A stretch of 63,475 bases of DNA, filler included, from Hausera hauseri (Eukaryota), in assembly GCA_046269625.1 (NCBI GenBank). It is 12 parts of 12 records of this genome, joined end to end, with 100 filler letters (N's around TTAATTAATTAA, not from the genome) between each part and the next. Parts side by side here need not be neighbours in the genome. Positions count along the whole stretch, not along the records: positions 50,042 to 54,003 come from JBJURY010855634.1; positions 54,104 to 58,823 come from JBJURY010462578.1; positions 58,924 to 63,475 come from JBJURY010530787.1; 9 more parts are not named here. One strand, given 5' to 3'. A program made the position numbers and the translations under genes. Shown piece after piece: positions 53,136 to 63,475 of the stretch (positions are counted from its first letter, which is position 1; every line of letters begins with the position of its first letter). The notes under the pieces are model-generated. The model saw only the letters and a list, made by a program, of their open reading frames with translations, was not told where the DNA came from and ran no database searches.

Positions 53136-54251
53136 TCCTCTGTACATGTAATATGATGACAGTTTATGACATCATAGGAACCACACATGTGAATTTCTTT
53201 GGGACACTTGTTGCTATTGGCATATTACTGTTGAATATTTCTTCGACTTTCTGAAAGAATCCAGATATTGTTTATGCTGGTTATAAAATTTCTCGTAACC
53301 ACTCCAACACACTACCTCACATGCACGACACACATAGTATTGAGTCCTGTTATATTGGTATCCAAAATAATGCTGCATCAGAATGTGGAAAATCTGTGCC
53401 TCGTGATTCTGCGCATACAGTATTTTTAGAATTTTCAAGTCAAAATTTAGCATAAACAATTGCGGTATAAATAATTGGAAGTGATTCCTGAAATAATGAA
53501 AGATATGATAGTTTCAAAACACTGTCTAGTTTTGATAAATGATGCAGTAAAACAAGACAAAATATACTGCAAAATATACTGCCATGCACCAATTTTGATT
53601 TGATTATAGGTTTTCGCATATAGGGAATCCAATGGATGCATCAGATTATTCGCTCGACCGAGTTTTCGAGTTTGAATAGCTAAATATTCGACTTTTAAGC
53701 TCAATTTCGAAAATATGATGTCATATTCCGATTCGCCACATACAGGTTCCTATCTGTATATGCTATTAGATTTATCGACTTATGCCTCACTGAGCTTAAA
53801 ATGCACATTTTGCTTAATTCGATTTATTGATTTTATATCTATATAACATATTTTCATGGAATAATTTTAATGATTTAGGGGTTTTGGCAAACAGGAAATC
53901 GAATGACTACTTCAGATTTTTCAAAAATTGGAAGTTCGATATTCAGCAAAAAAAACTTTCGAATTTCGAATATTTGACTCGATATTTGAGATCTCCATAC
54001 TCGNNNNNNNNNNNNNNNNNNNNNNNNNNNNNNNNNNNNNNNNNNNNTTAATTAATTAANNNNNNNNNNNNNNNNNNNNNNNNNNNNNNNNNNNNNNNNN
54101 NNNAACTTCTTGTACTATTTTTTTTTTATTTAATAAATCTCGAGCGCATGATCTGAAGTGTCTGTTTTTAAAATTTTATCCCATTATGACCCATACAACA
54201 TGCTGCACAGGCCTCTGATTTGGGGAAGTTTAATTTCGATAACCCTGTATA

Positions 54252-55898
54252 TCATTTGTACATTATGTTTGCATAATTCAGTGCTTCTTTCGCCGAACAA
54301 AGAATGTTTAAGGTAATCGTTTTCAAAGTTTTGAATATCTCTTTGGCTGTATTTTTTAGTATGTAAGATCTCTGAGATGCGGAATCTATGATTGCTCGAG
54401 CCTCACGTTTTTTACCGTTACCTCTTAGAATAACTGTCAAGGTTTGCAATATAACATTAGGTGTTTTAACGACATTTGCGAGAGCCTGATCTCCCTCTGG
54501 ATTATTTTCAACTAACTCTGTATTTTTCTTATTGTGGTGACATGTGTTTATTTGAGATATGCTTCTGCATAAAAGTATATGATGTTTTTTCCCACAGGCT
54601 AAACATCCTGCTTTCAGATTACACTTCTTTATTTGATGACCAAATTTCAAACAAAGGAAACAGCAGCCTGATTTCTTGATGATAGTTTCTCGTTCACTCA
54701 GTGGCATATTTCTCGCGTTCCCACAGTCCCAAGAATTATGAAAACCGGAACAAAATATACATTGTTTTTGACTATGAGTAGATGTAAACAATTCAGCTGC
54801 ACTGTATACTGGAACATGTTTGCCAGACTTCCATTTGCTATTATTAATTTTGTTTTCTACATGTACATTAGCGTTTTGTCTGTTAGCCAGATTTCCCGAC
54901 TTGTTTCGATCAAAAGTCTGTGAAGCAAGGGATATTCGCTCTTCCCCTTCCACCTCATCTTGAAGAAATTCGAGTAAAGAGTCTAAATCAGTCTTCTCAT
55001 TTGTTTTTGCAATTTCTGAATCGTCAAAAGATTCTGAGTTTATATCTCTCGATCGGCGATTTACACTCCGATAACGTTCCCACGCTCTAAGCGTGTCGTC
55101 GGGTAACGAAGATTCTACAAGGGGGAATAACATAGCGGCATATTTTTCTCTAGTAACCCCCAGTACTTCCAGAGCACGTAGTTTCGATTCTAATTCATCA
55201 TATAATTTTCTTAACGATCTCCCAAGTGTACCTTGTTTTTGAAGTACCAACACTAATAAATCTCTTACATAAACTTGAATCAACAGTTCATCTTTCCCAA
55301 ACCGAGCTTGGAGTTGTTTTACGGCTTTCTCATAACTTTCGCCACTTGGCGGAAAACTTTTAATTAATTCTTCAGCAGAGGAACCCTTCTCCATTGCTTG
55401 GGAGAGATACGCAAATTTATCATGTTTGTCAATACTAACATCTTTATCTATCTTTTTAAACTGTCCCCAAAAACCGAGCCAGTTCTTTAAATTACCATCA
55501 AATGTGGGTAACTTTATTTTGGGATAACGCAACAATGTATTTGAAATCGATGGAACGTTTGCGTTTTCACTATGCTGAGTAAAACTATTTTTATCGGAAA
55601 GTAATTTTCTTAACTTGTGTTCTAATACTCTCCACCTGTCTATATATTTTTCTGACTCATCAATTTCTTCCTCTAAAATTTTCTCATCCTCAACTGTCTC
55701 GTAAAGTTTTTGTTTAACATTATCTTCGGCGGCAATCATTAGTTTCGATTTACCCTCTATAATGCTCAACTCTCGAATTTTGTCTTCATCGGTTAATTCA
55801 CTTTCTTTATTATCGAACTGATTACAAGCTCGAGTAAAAACTCGGCGATGTTGTGTGCGAATTGATTTTAAAGTTTCCATCATAAAAATAATATTCAA
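54252..55898 (-). CDS. gag: BEL/Pao gag plus start of the protease
   Basis: PKIKLPTFDG...FWGQF, three zinc knuckles (CIFC..H...C, CFLC...H....C, CLAC...HH..LC), RAIIDSASQRSYI. Confidence 0.92.
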   Translation of the reverse strand: MNIIFMMETLKSIRTQHRRVFTRACNQFDNKESELTDEDKIRELSIIEGKSKLMIAAEDNVKQKLYETVEDEKILEEEIDESEKYIDRWRVLEHKLRKLLSDKNSFTQHSENANVPSISNTLLRYPKIKLPTFDGNLKNWLGFWGQFKKIDKDVSIDKHDKFAYLSQAMEKGSSAEELIKSFPPSGESYEKAVKQLQARFGKDELLIQVYVRDLLVLVLQKQGTLGRSLRKLYDELESKLRALEVLGVTREKYAAMLFPLVESSLPDDTLRAWERYRSVNRRSRDINSESFDDSEIAKTNEKTDLDSLLEFLQDEVEGEERISLASQTFDRNKSGNLANRQNANVHVENKINNSKWKSGKHVPVYSAAELFTSTHSQKQCIFCSGFHNSWDCGNARNMPLSERETIIKKSGCCFLCLKFGHQIKKCNLKAGCLACGKKHHILLCRSISQINTCHHNKKNTELVENNPEGDQALANVVKTPNVILQTLTVILRGNGKKREARAIIDSASQRSYILKNTAKEIFKTLKTITLNILCSAKEALNYANIMYK

Positions 55899-55919
55899 AT
55901 AGTTGCTTACCTAAGCTAC

Positions 55920-55943
55920 TTCAATCCTGTTATGCGGACGCCA
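55920..55943 (-). promoter_or_regulatory. BEL/Pao primer binding site
   Basis: TGGCGTCCGCATAACAGGA 2 nt after the LTR end and just upstream of gag. Confidence 0.6.
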
Positions 55944-55945
55944 GT

Positions 55946-56290
55946 TGACACGAATTCTACGAAAACGAAAATCCCGTAGTTGAAGGTTCGATTGAAATTA
56001 TGATGGACGAAGTTACGCAATTTAGAAATAAACATTCATTTATTACGCACACATAGACTCACACATAGAATACATCTAATCTCAAAATTTATCTCTTAGC
56101 ACACACAACTTTGTGCTATACACTCATAGTATTATTAAAACTCAAAATATCGAAAAAAAAGGAATACAAACAAAACAAAAAACTCTTCTGTTGCCAAACG
56201 CAACGCCAAAACTTACCTCTTTTTTAAAGGAAAAAAAAGAGAACATAGATAATATCAATGTAGAGGCAACACAGCACTCATTTTGTGACA
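55946..56290 (-). mobile_element. BEL/Pao LTR (345 bp)
   Basis: TGTCAC...GTGTCA ends, preceded by PPT AGGTGGGAGTA and followed by the PBS; contains AATAAA. Confidence 0.85.
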
Positions 56291-56412
56291 TACTCCCACC
56301 TAAGTTAACGAAAAGAATAACATGATAAAAGTTAACTTATGAACACAAACAACAGGTCTCAAAAAAGGAGTCACTACATTGTACAATAATTGTCTAAAAA
56401 ATTAGAATGTTC

Positions 56413-57435
56413 TTATAGTGATAGTTTCTCAGGTGCTTTAACAACATGACCATGTCGCGTAATCATAGGCTTCTCAATGATTTTCTCTGCATTGGGTTTT
56501 CTCTCTTTTATTTCAGCATGATCGTGAAAGTCTCTCTTCTTTCTCACAGTATCTTTTACCTCGTTGAGCACTGCCTCTGGAAGGGTTTCAATAGTCGAGA
56601 GTTCTAAAGGATATAATCTTTGTACGGCTCTGAGCACCTCTCCTCCTTGAGTCTTCACTCTGGCACGTCGTACGATACCATCAGCTCCAGGTAGCACCTC
56701 AATTATTCTGCCAAGAGGCCAAGACAATCTCTTTTTATCTTCATCTCCGATGAGTACTATATCTCCTTGTTTCAAGGGAGTAAATGTTTCATTTCTTCGT
56801 CTCGAGCACAATGATCCCAAATATTCTCGTCGAAATCTCACTCGAAATGCATCTCTGACCGTTTGGATGTAGCGTAATCTACGTCGTAAATAGTTTGGAT
56901 TTTGTGTCATTCTCAGGTTGGGTACAGTGTTACTTTTGATATCTTTGAGAAAATCAGCTGGAGTAAGAGCAGTAAGGCTTGAATCGGAAGACACTGTCGT
57001 TAACGGTCTGTCATTCATAATAGCTTCACAGTTACATAGAGACGTGAGCATTTCCTCATAATTCATACAAGCTCTTCTTAATGTTCTTTTCAAGACGCCT
57101 TTCATCAAGCCTACTAAGCGCTCCCACCATCCACCCCACCATGGTGCACTGGGCGGTATAAATTTCCAAATTACGTATTCTTTTCTCATCTTTCTTGTTA
57201 CTTCATCTTCACAAGTAACGTCTTCAGCAGCAGGCCACGATTCAGCGGGTTGACAGAGCCACTCTGGGCCCTCCCACCATTTCATGTTACCAGGAACAAA
57301 TCGCCACGCTTCTTTATCTGTTAAGTTCAAAATTTCTTGTACTCGGTTATGTACAAATGTTCCCCAAGTATCTTCTCTTCTTATCCAAGCTAGGACCGTG
57401 GTCGAATCAGTCCAAAAATACACATGTTTAACCTT
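56413..57435 (-). pseudogene. pol: BEL/Pao RNase H end and integrase with internal deletions
   Basis: FWTDSTTVLAWI, WWEGPEWL, WKFIPPSAPWWGGWWERLV, NDRPLT, WPLGRI...GADG..R, LYPLEL. Confidence 0.92.
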
Positions 57436-58624
57436 TTGCTTACGGCTGGGATGAATCTGTCCCAGAAATATACTTCCGAAAAATGCGGCGTTGGGATGGA
57501 TACGTCCCAGACATTTCCTTCCCCCCTCTCTGTGGGTGTGCATTTCATCCGGTCAATCGCCCGCAGGTGCATTGTATCAGAGCATTGTATTGCAGCTGCG
57601 GATTATCTGCTGAGTTTGAGGGAGAATATGAAAAGGGGAAAAAAGGAGGGAAAAGGTCAAAGCGCCAAATGAAAGGGGAAATGCGGTGGACGTTTGTACA
57701 TAAGTAGAAAATTAGCTACTGTGATTCTGTTACACTCTATTCGTTATTGGTGCAGATATTTTTTTTTCGGTTTGGAATTTATAACCTGTATTTCTAAATA
57801 CATTTTTAGAAAAAAATAAATGAAGAAGGTGTGTTTTTTGTCAGGTTTGGGGACAAGAAAAGAGAACATCTTTCTTGTGCAAAAAGTGCAATGTCGGACT
57901 TTGTGTAAAAGACTGTTTTAGGGACTTTCACTGTCAAAACAGTTTAAATTGAAGAACTTTAGTGGTATATTGAAGTCGATTTCATTTAATACAATTTTTC
58001 ATTTCAAATTTAAACAAATTTCAATTTTTAGATATTTTGTTTTTGTCTTTGTTGTAAGAAATTTGTATTACAATATTTTATGTCTGTATAAAATGCTTTA
58101 AATTAAAAAAAAATTGCGCAAAATCTGTGTTGCGTAATTAGCACCATAAAACCACTTCTTTGCTCAAATTCAGAAACCATTTCATAGAAAAAAAAATCTC
58201 TTTTTGTGGAACACCAGAAACCTCTTCAGGGAAAAGTACACCCAATGATGAAGAAGCATGTTTCCTCATAGTAAGCATATTAATCTGAGGGTGTTACTAA
58301 AGAAAAAAAAAATCTTCATGCACTTAAAAACCCATATATTTTGCCAAATAACTTACAAATGAAACTTTCCATTTATATATAATATAATCTAGACCATGCA
58401 CGTAACCGGAAAGGGGATAAGGTTATAATTCCTCCCCCATATACTTTGGATATGCGCTGGTAAATATAGAAAAACCTTTATTTTAAAATTCGAGCGCAAT
58501 TTCCCAGTGAAAGCCCATCATTTACACCCCCCCCCATTCAGGACCACGCCAACCTAGCGGTGCAATTTACGCACCGCACCCGGGCGGCAGCGGGTGTGAA
58601 GGGTGGTGGGAGGAAAATGATTTG

Positions 58625-58812
58625 AAAAGTCTCCGTAAATTGTCATAAAAGCCTCGGTAAGGGAATTTAAGTCTCCGAAAAAGGGTAAAGAAATAAAATG
58701 AGGGTTAAAAAGTCTCGGGAAGAAGAAGAGAAACTTAAAAGTCTCGGTGGAAAAAGTTATCCCCCTCTCCCATTGTGAGAAGTAATAGACGGATAAAAAG
58801 CCTCGTGAAGGA
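58625..58812 (+). repeat. Spaced AAAAG(T/C)CTC(C/G) motif array
   Basis: About 6 copies 20-60 bp apart at the contig end. Confidence 0.65.
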
Positions 58813-58980
58813 AGGAAAGGAGGNNNNNNNNNNNNNNNNNNNNNNNNNNNNNNNNNNNNNNNNNNNNTTAATTAATTAANNNNNNNNNNNNNNNNNNNNN
58901 NNNNNNNNNNNNNNNNNNNNNNNTGCCTTTGGTGCTGTTCTCACCGTATCGGAGTCCGAACTTTGAATGATATACTCATC

Positions 58981-59763
58981 TCACCACTTTAATTGTTTGT
59001 AGATAGATTGGTAACACTGCGCTAAGGCAGTGCTTCGGAGTGAGAAGCCCTTCGTGTCATAGAACTTCCGGGCTAATTCTTTGTAGGTATTGGTCGATAA
59101 CTAATACCGGCGGACAACATCCTTGTGATATAAGATATCACGTACTCCAGCTATCCGTCGGATTGGACACTTGAAGTGGTTTATAACCATTTCAACCACG
59201 TCGGCTCCAATAACAATCTTGTCAGTTATTACTTCAGTCACTTTTCGGTAGAGGTCAACTTGATCAATTTGGTTATTAATGTTAAACTCGGTGAGGCCTG
59301 TTATGTGCATATCGAAATTGTTAATACGCTGCCTCGGGGTGATGATTTCATAGAGTAAAGTGTCTCCATTCAAGGTTAGAACCGAAGCTTCAGTGGGTTG
59401 AAGCTGATTCCACTGGTCATAGGCCAAGTTGACGGCTGCTATGACCATGTCTTTATCCGTAAATCTGTCCAACCTTCTAAAAGGGATGCCTTTATACTTG
59501 ACGTAATCGGGTTCTGGGAGATTGAAACACCTTCCTTCTGGAAAGCTTGGGTAGAATTTCTCATGTTTAATTATTTCCAATGCTAATATTACACGATTTG
59601 TACACGAACGGATTTTGAATGTACTGTCTTTTAAGAAGGTATGATCAAAAGCTATACCATGTTCGGGGTCGACATTGATTAAATCTCCTTTAATGGATGT
59701 CTTTCTATCTGTAGTTGTATTTGAATTTGGCCCACAACTCCATATAAATTCATTGAATGAAAT
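58981..59763 (-). pseudogene. Accessory ORF with a DEDDh (ISG20/REX4-like) exonuclease fold; one internal stop at 59101
   Basis: EASVLTLNGDTLLYEIITPRQRINNFDMHITGLT...DLYRKVTEVITDKIVIG...YKELARKFY follows the REX/ISG20 pattern; the frame is open from ~59763. Confidence 0.65.
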
Positions 59764-60290
59764 CTATCAGGTAGAATAATAATATCTGTCAAAAGAAAGG
59801 AAGTGGCTTTGGTTATTTGCGTTATGGCCAGAGATCGATTGGCCATGCTATACCCTTTTACATCATTAGGGATTTGCTGAGTCTGAGCATAGTTCAAACT
59901 AATCATGTGGTCATTGTGAGACACAGTATTGGTTGGACGGGTTGGCATTGATTATGTGATTCTTTACATCGCTATACCAGTGTTTGGAACGGTTGATAGA
60001 TTGTATCTGATGAATCTTTGCAGCTGAGACTGTAAAAATAAGAGTCAATACGTCATTTATTACTATACTTAGACACAACACAACGGTTACCAAACAACTC
60101 ATGGAGGTAATCGTTGTGGATTTACTACAATTATTTCTAAAGTGCAAGATAACTCGATGTTGTTTGGTTATCCTTTACTTAGGGTTGCGTATATTGCAAT
60201 CCCTGACATTAATCGTCATCTGGGGTTGTCCGTATCTAACGGGTTCGTTAGATAACGCATATCAATTCTGACCCAGCTTCTTTGTTTGAA

Positions 60291-61595
60291 TCACCAGTAT
60301 AAGATTCTACTCACTTTTATCAATATTACTATTAAGATTACAGGGGTTAGTGATCCTATGCACATTATTTCTAATCGTGAATATTTATACACAGCTCGTG
60401 CTAGTTTTGTAGTCATCTTATTGCTAATTATGTTGGTTTTATGAGATACATTTATCTCATAACTTACTCTGGTGATTGCTGTCACTACCTTTGTAGAAGT
60501 TACCTTATCTTTATCATTCCGTAATTGTAAAATTATCGTATATCGAGTATTAGGTTCTAGATCTGCACATGATACCACTAAATACATCCGGAGTTATGAC
60601 TCCCTTGGCTACCACTATCTCTTGTTTCTTGCAGCTGAATCTAATTTTTACAAAATCTAAATCTGGTCTGACAGAAATAATAAATGCGGTTGGGGCTGCT
60701 ACTATAGTGACATTATCCCATATGGATCGCTTTGTACGATAATATGAAGCGTAGGGCTTAATTAAGATAGTCATCTCCGTTTTATTAGTCGAGGACTGGA
60801 CAGATGACGCCATAATCCTTTTTGGTATATCATCGTACTCTTTCTGGTTTTTATATCGTATGAACATCGTCGGCCCTTTTCTCTGCATTCTATTCGTGAC
60901 AAAGTGTATTTTATATTGTATATTTTGCCTCTTGTTACATTACAGCAAACTTGTTGTTGTTCATTTGTTATTTCAAATTTTGGTAATCTTTGTTTGCCTC
61001 CTGTTTCTTTTATGGATATTGTTATCCATCGGATATATTCCAATTCTATCATATTCCTAATTTCGAGACAACTTCCACTTTTAAATCCCATTGGTCTTAT
61101 TATTAGCTGGGCGAGTATTATTTCATCTAGTAATGTTTCATTCATTTCATGTTTATTGGGAACTCGTATATACTTGTGAAATTTGGTATATAGATTGTAA
61201 TAATAGTTTTCTTTTTTCTTTATGAGTGTAAGGTACACTCCATGTGTTCCTAAAGTATCTATCAGACATCGCGTTTCATTTGTAGATGAATGGAGCATAC
61301 AGTCACTATATGGCTCATGAGTATTCCTCTTATAACCGTAGACTGGGGTTGTTTGGATCCTTATAAAATAGTCACCAGGCATTCGTCTTGTAGTATATCA
61401 GGTAATGCATTTTCGGCCTTTCATGGAGTACGTTATTTGGTATTTTAAGCTTTTTAACCATAGGTCCTCGTTTATGGCCGTGGCATGTCGTATCTTTGCT
61501 CGTTCGACTTCTTGTTCCGTCATCTGTCCGGCTACTTGGGGAAGCAAAAAGATAATCGTTAATAATATGCTCTTTATTAGCCAATACCTTCTATA
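60291..61595 (-). pseudogene. Env-like type-I membrane glycoprotein downstream of Gypsy pol
   Basis: Signal-like WLIKSILLTIIFLLPQVAG, N-glycosylation sequons, RTKR furin site (60727-60738), DLEPNTRYTI FN3-like motif, TM IMCIGSLTPVILIVILI; one stop and two frameshifts. Confidence 0.6.
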
Positions 61596-63475
61596 GATTG
61601 AGTTTCTTTCTCTACCTTTTCAGTAATACTTAGTACGATTTCCTTTTCGCCTTTCCTTAGCTCACTTTTTCGGGCCGCTGGTTTACATCTGTTAACGTAG
61701 ACCTTCACAGACGTATTATTTTTCTTCAAACAGATGTTTTGTAGATCTACTTTCTCCACTTTATACGACCCTTTATATGGTCTATCCAACTTACACGTTT
61801 TACCCTTTTTAATTGCCGGAGAATATAACATAACTTGGTCGCCTATCTTAATTTTTGGTTGCTTGGTCTTCTTGTCGCAATATCTTTTATATTTTGATTT
61901 ATAGTCCTCTTGATTTTTGCAAGTCGTTTTGTAGGCTAATTAAAGGCGTTCCTGCATTAATTGTTTATAATCTTCCACTTCCATTAAGTGAGACAGGTCT
62001 CACATTAAAGTCTAGGCCAATTGGTAATCTTGCATCCCCTAAATACATTAGATAAAAGGGTATCTCTTTAGTGGCTTCGTGAACTGACGTTCGATTTACG
62101 AACACACATGCATTAACATATTTGTCCCAATAGTCTTGTCTAGTATTAACTACTGTTTGTAATTTTCCTTTCAAATCTGCAATATGCCTCTCAACCAACC
62201 CGTTATTTTCTGGGTGTCCTGGCGTAGATCGTAACTTCAATATCTTCAAAATATCGTATATAGACTGCATTACAGTTCCAATTAAATTTGATGCTTGGTC
62301 GGTCAGAATAATTCTTGGGGATCCGTAATTAAACAATAGTAATTCGCCAAACCTAAAAATCGGCGTAATTCTTTAACTGTAGTTGGTTTTGGGAAGTCTC
62401 TTATTTTTCCCAATAATTTGTCTTGAGGTTTTACGCCGTGTTTTTCTACTCTATGTCCAAGAAAATCTACTTCCGCTTGAGCAAATGAACATTTTTTCGG
62501 GTTTATCTTCAGACCCATGATTTCACACCTATTGAAGAGGTCTTGCAAATCTTTTAGATGTTGTTGGAAATTTGGTGATGCTATTATTACATCATCAATA
62601 TATACCATGGCGTGTGGACCGTCCAACAGCAGAAGTTCCGTTCCTCTCTGGAATGTTGGTGGTCCATTTTTTAGTCCGAATGGCATCCTATTAAACTCCC
62701 ATAATCCTTCACCGATTGAAAAGGTTGTTTTTGGTTTATCCTCTTCTTTCACCTCCACTTGCCAATAGCCTTTCTGTAAATCTATCGTTGAGAATATGGT
62801 CGATCCGTAAAGCCTGTCTAGTATTTCGTCAATTCTTGGCAATGGGTATGTATCCGTTTCAGTTATTTCATTTAACGCTCAACAATCTATGCAAAATCTC
62901 ATGGTTCCATCCTTCTTTTTAACCATTACTACAAGAGCCGTCCAGGGGGAACAGCTTGGTCGGATGATATTGTTTTCCCTCATTTCCTTTATTATCTTTC
63001 ATGCTTCTTGTTTTGTGTAATACGCTAATCGATACGGTCTCTTCTTGATTGGGTTATCCTGTCTTTCTTTTAATTTAATAGTGTGTTGTATTACATTCAT
63101 TGTACCCAAATCGTATTCATTCTGTGCGAATCGGTCGTTATTCTTTTGTAATAATTCGATTAGCATTCTCTTCTCTTCCTCAGTTAAAATTTCACAATTC
63201 TGTAACTTGTCATGCCAGTTAATATTGTTTATTCTATTTTTCCCTCTATCCTTGCCTGGTTCCTTTTTTAACTTTTCCATCATTAACTTTTCTATCTTGT
63301 CTATGTCTGGCGTTGTCGAGCATGTTTCTTGTTTTATTATCCCTTCACTGGTGGTTACTTCTCCCAGTCTGGTATTCTTTCGTAATCGTCTTTCCTTACC
63401 TGCCGTATTACAAATTCGCAGGTGGATCTTTCCTTCTCTCACTTTATCTACATGAGGGGCGATTAAAACTTCATA
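61577..63475 (-). pseudogene. pol: Gypsy pol (RT and integrase; RNase H deleted)
   Basis: IDLQKGYWQV, RMPFGLKN, YIDDVII, RFLGLANYY, then directly YGSPRIILTDQ, HPENNGLVER and a GPY-like module. Confidence 0.95.

Noticed and set aside
45971-54003. Tandem duplication of polB within one element
   Set aside because: The two copies are on separate contigs divided by a spacer
57436-57543. N-terminal extension of the BEL integrase ORF
   Set aside because: Read-through from unrelated flanking sequence; BEL similarity starts near VYFWTDS

Overview
This window is not one locus. It is 12 short eukaryotic contigs (about 4-7 kb each) joined by an artificial 100-bp spacer (44 N + TTAATTAATTAA + 44 N). Contigs: 1-5490, 5591-12766, 12867-17889, 17990-24032, 24133-30374, 30475-36259, 36360-40449, 40550-45870, 45971-49941, 50042-54003, 54104-58823, 58924-63475. 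The DNA is AT-rich invertebrate-type sequence, possibly from more than one species, and is dominated by decayed mobile elements: hAT and pogo MITEs, tRNA-derived SINEs, RTE LINE remnants, a Penelope remnant, a Helitron, five Ty3/Gypsy segments (three CsRn1-like), a BEL/Pao tandem, a full-length piggyBac and two Polinton/Maverick-type protein-primed DNA polymerase genes. Host-like sequence comprises one probable two-exon antistasin-type peptide gene and scattered fragments of CLK kinase, DMXL/Rabconnectin-3, dymeclin and CERT. The best candidate for an undescribed system is the last contig: a Gypsy element whose pol is followed by an env-like type-I membrane glycoprotein (signal peptide, RTKR furin site, FN3-like segment, TM helix) and then by a DEDDh exonuclease-fold ORF lacking the canonical catalytic residues. 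Also notable are a contig with identical 77-nt ends that joins Gypsy pol to host gene fragments, a 30-bp hairpin in the 3' LTR position of a Gypsy element, and a RING-finger cargo present in only one of two related Polinton copies. All family calls come from motif recognition by eye; no database searches were run, and boundaries of decayed elements are approximate.
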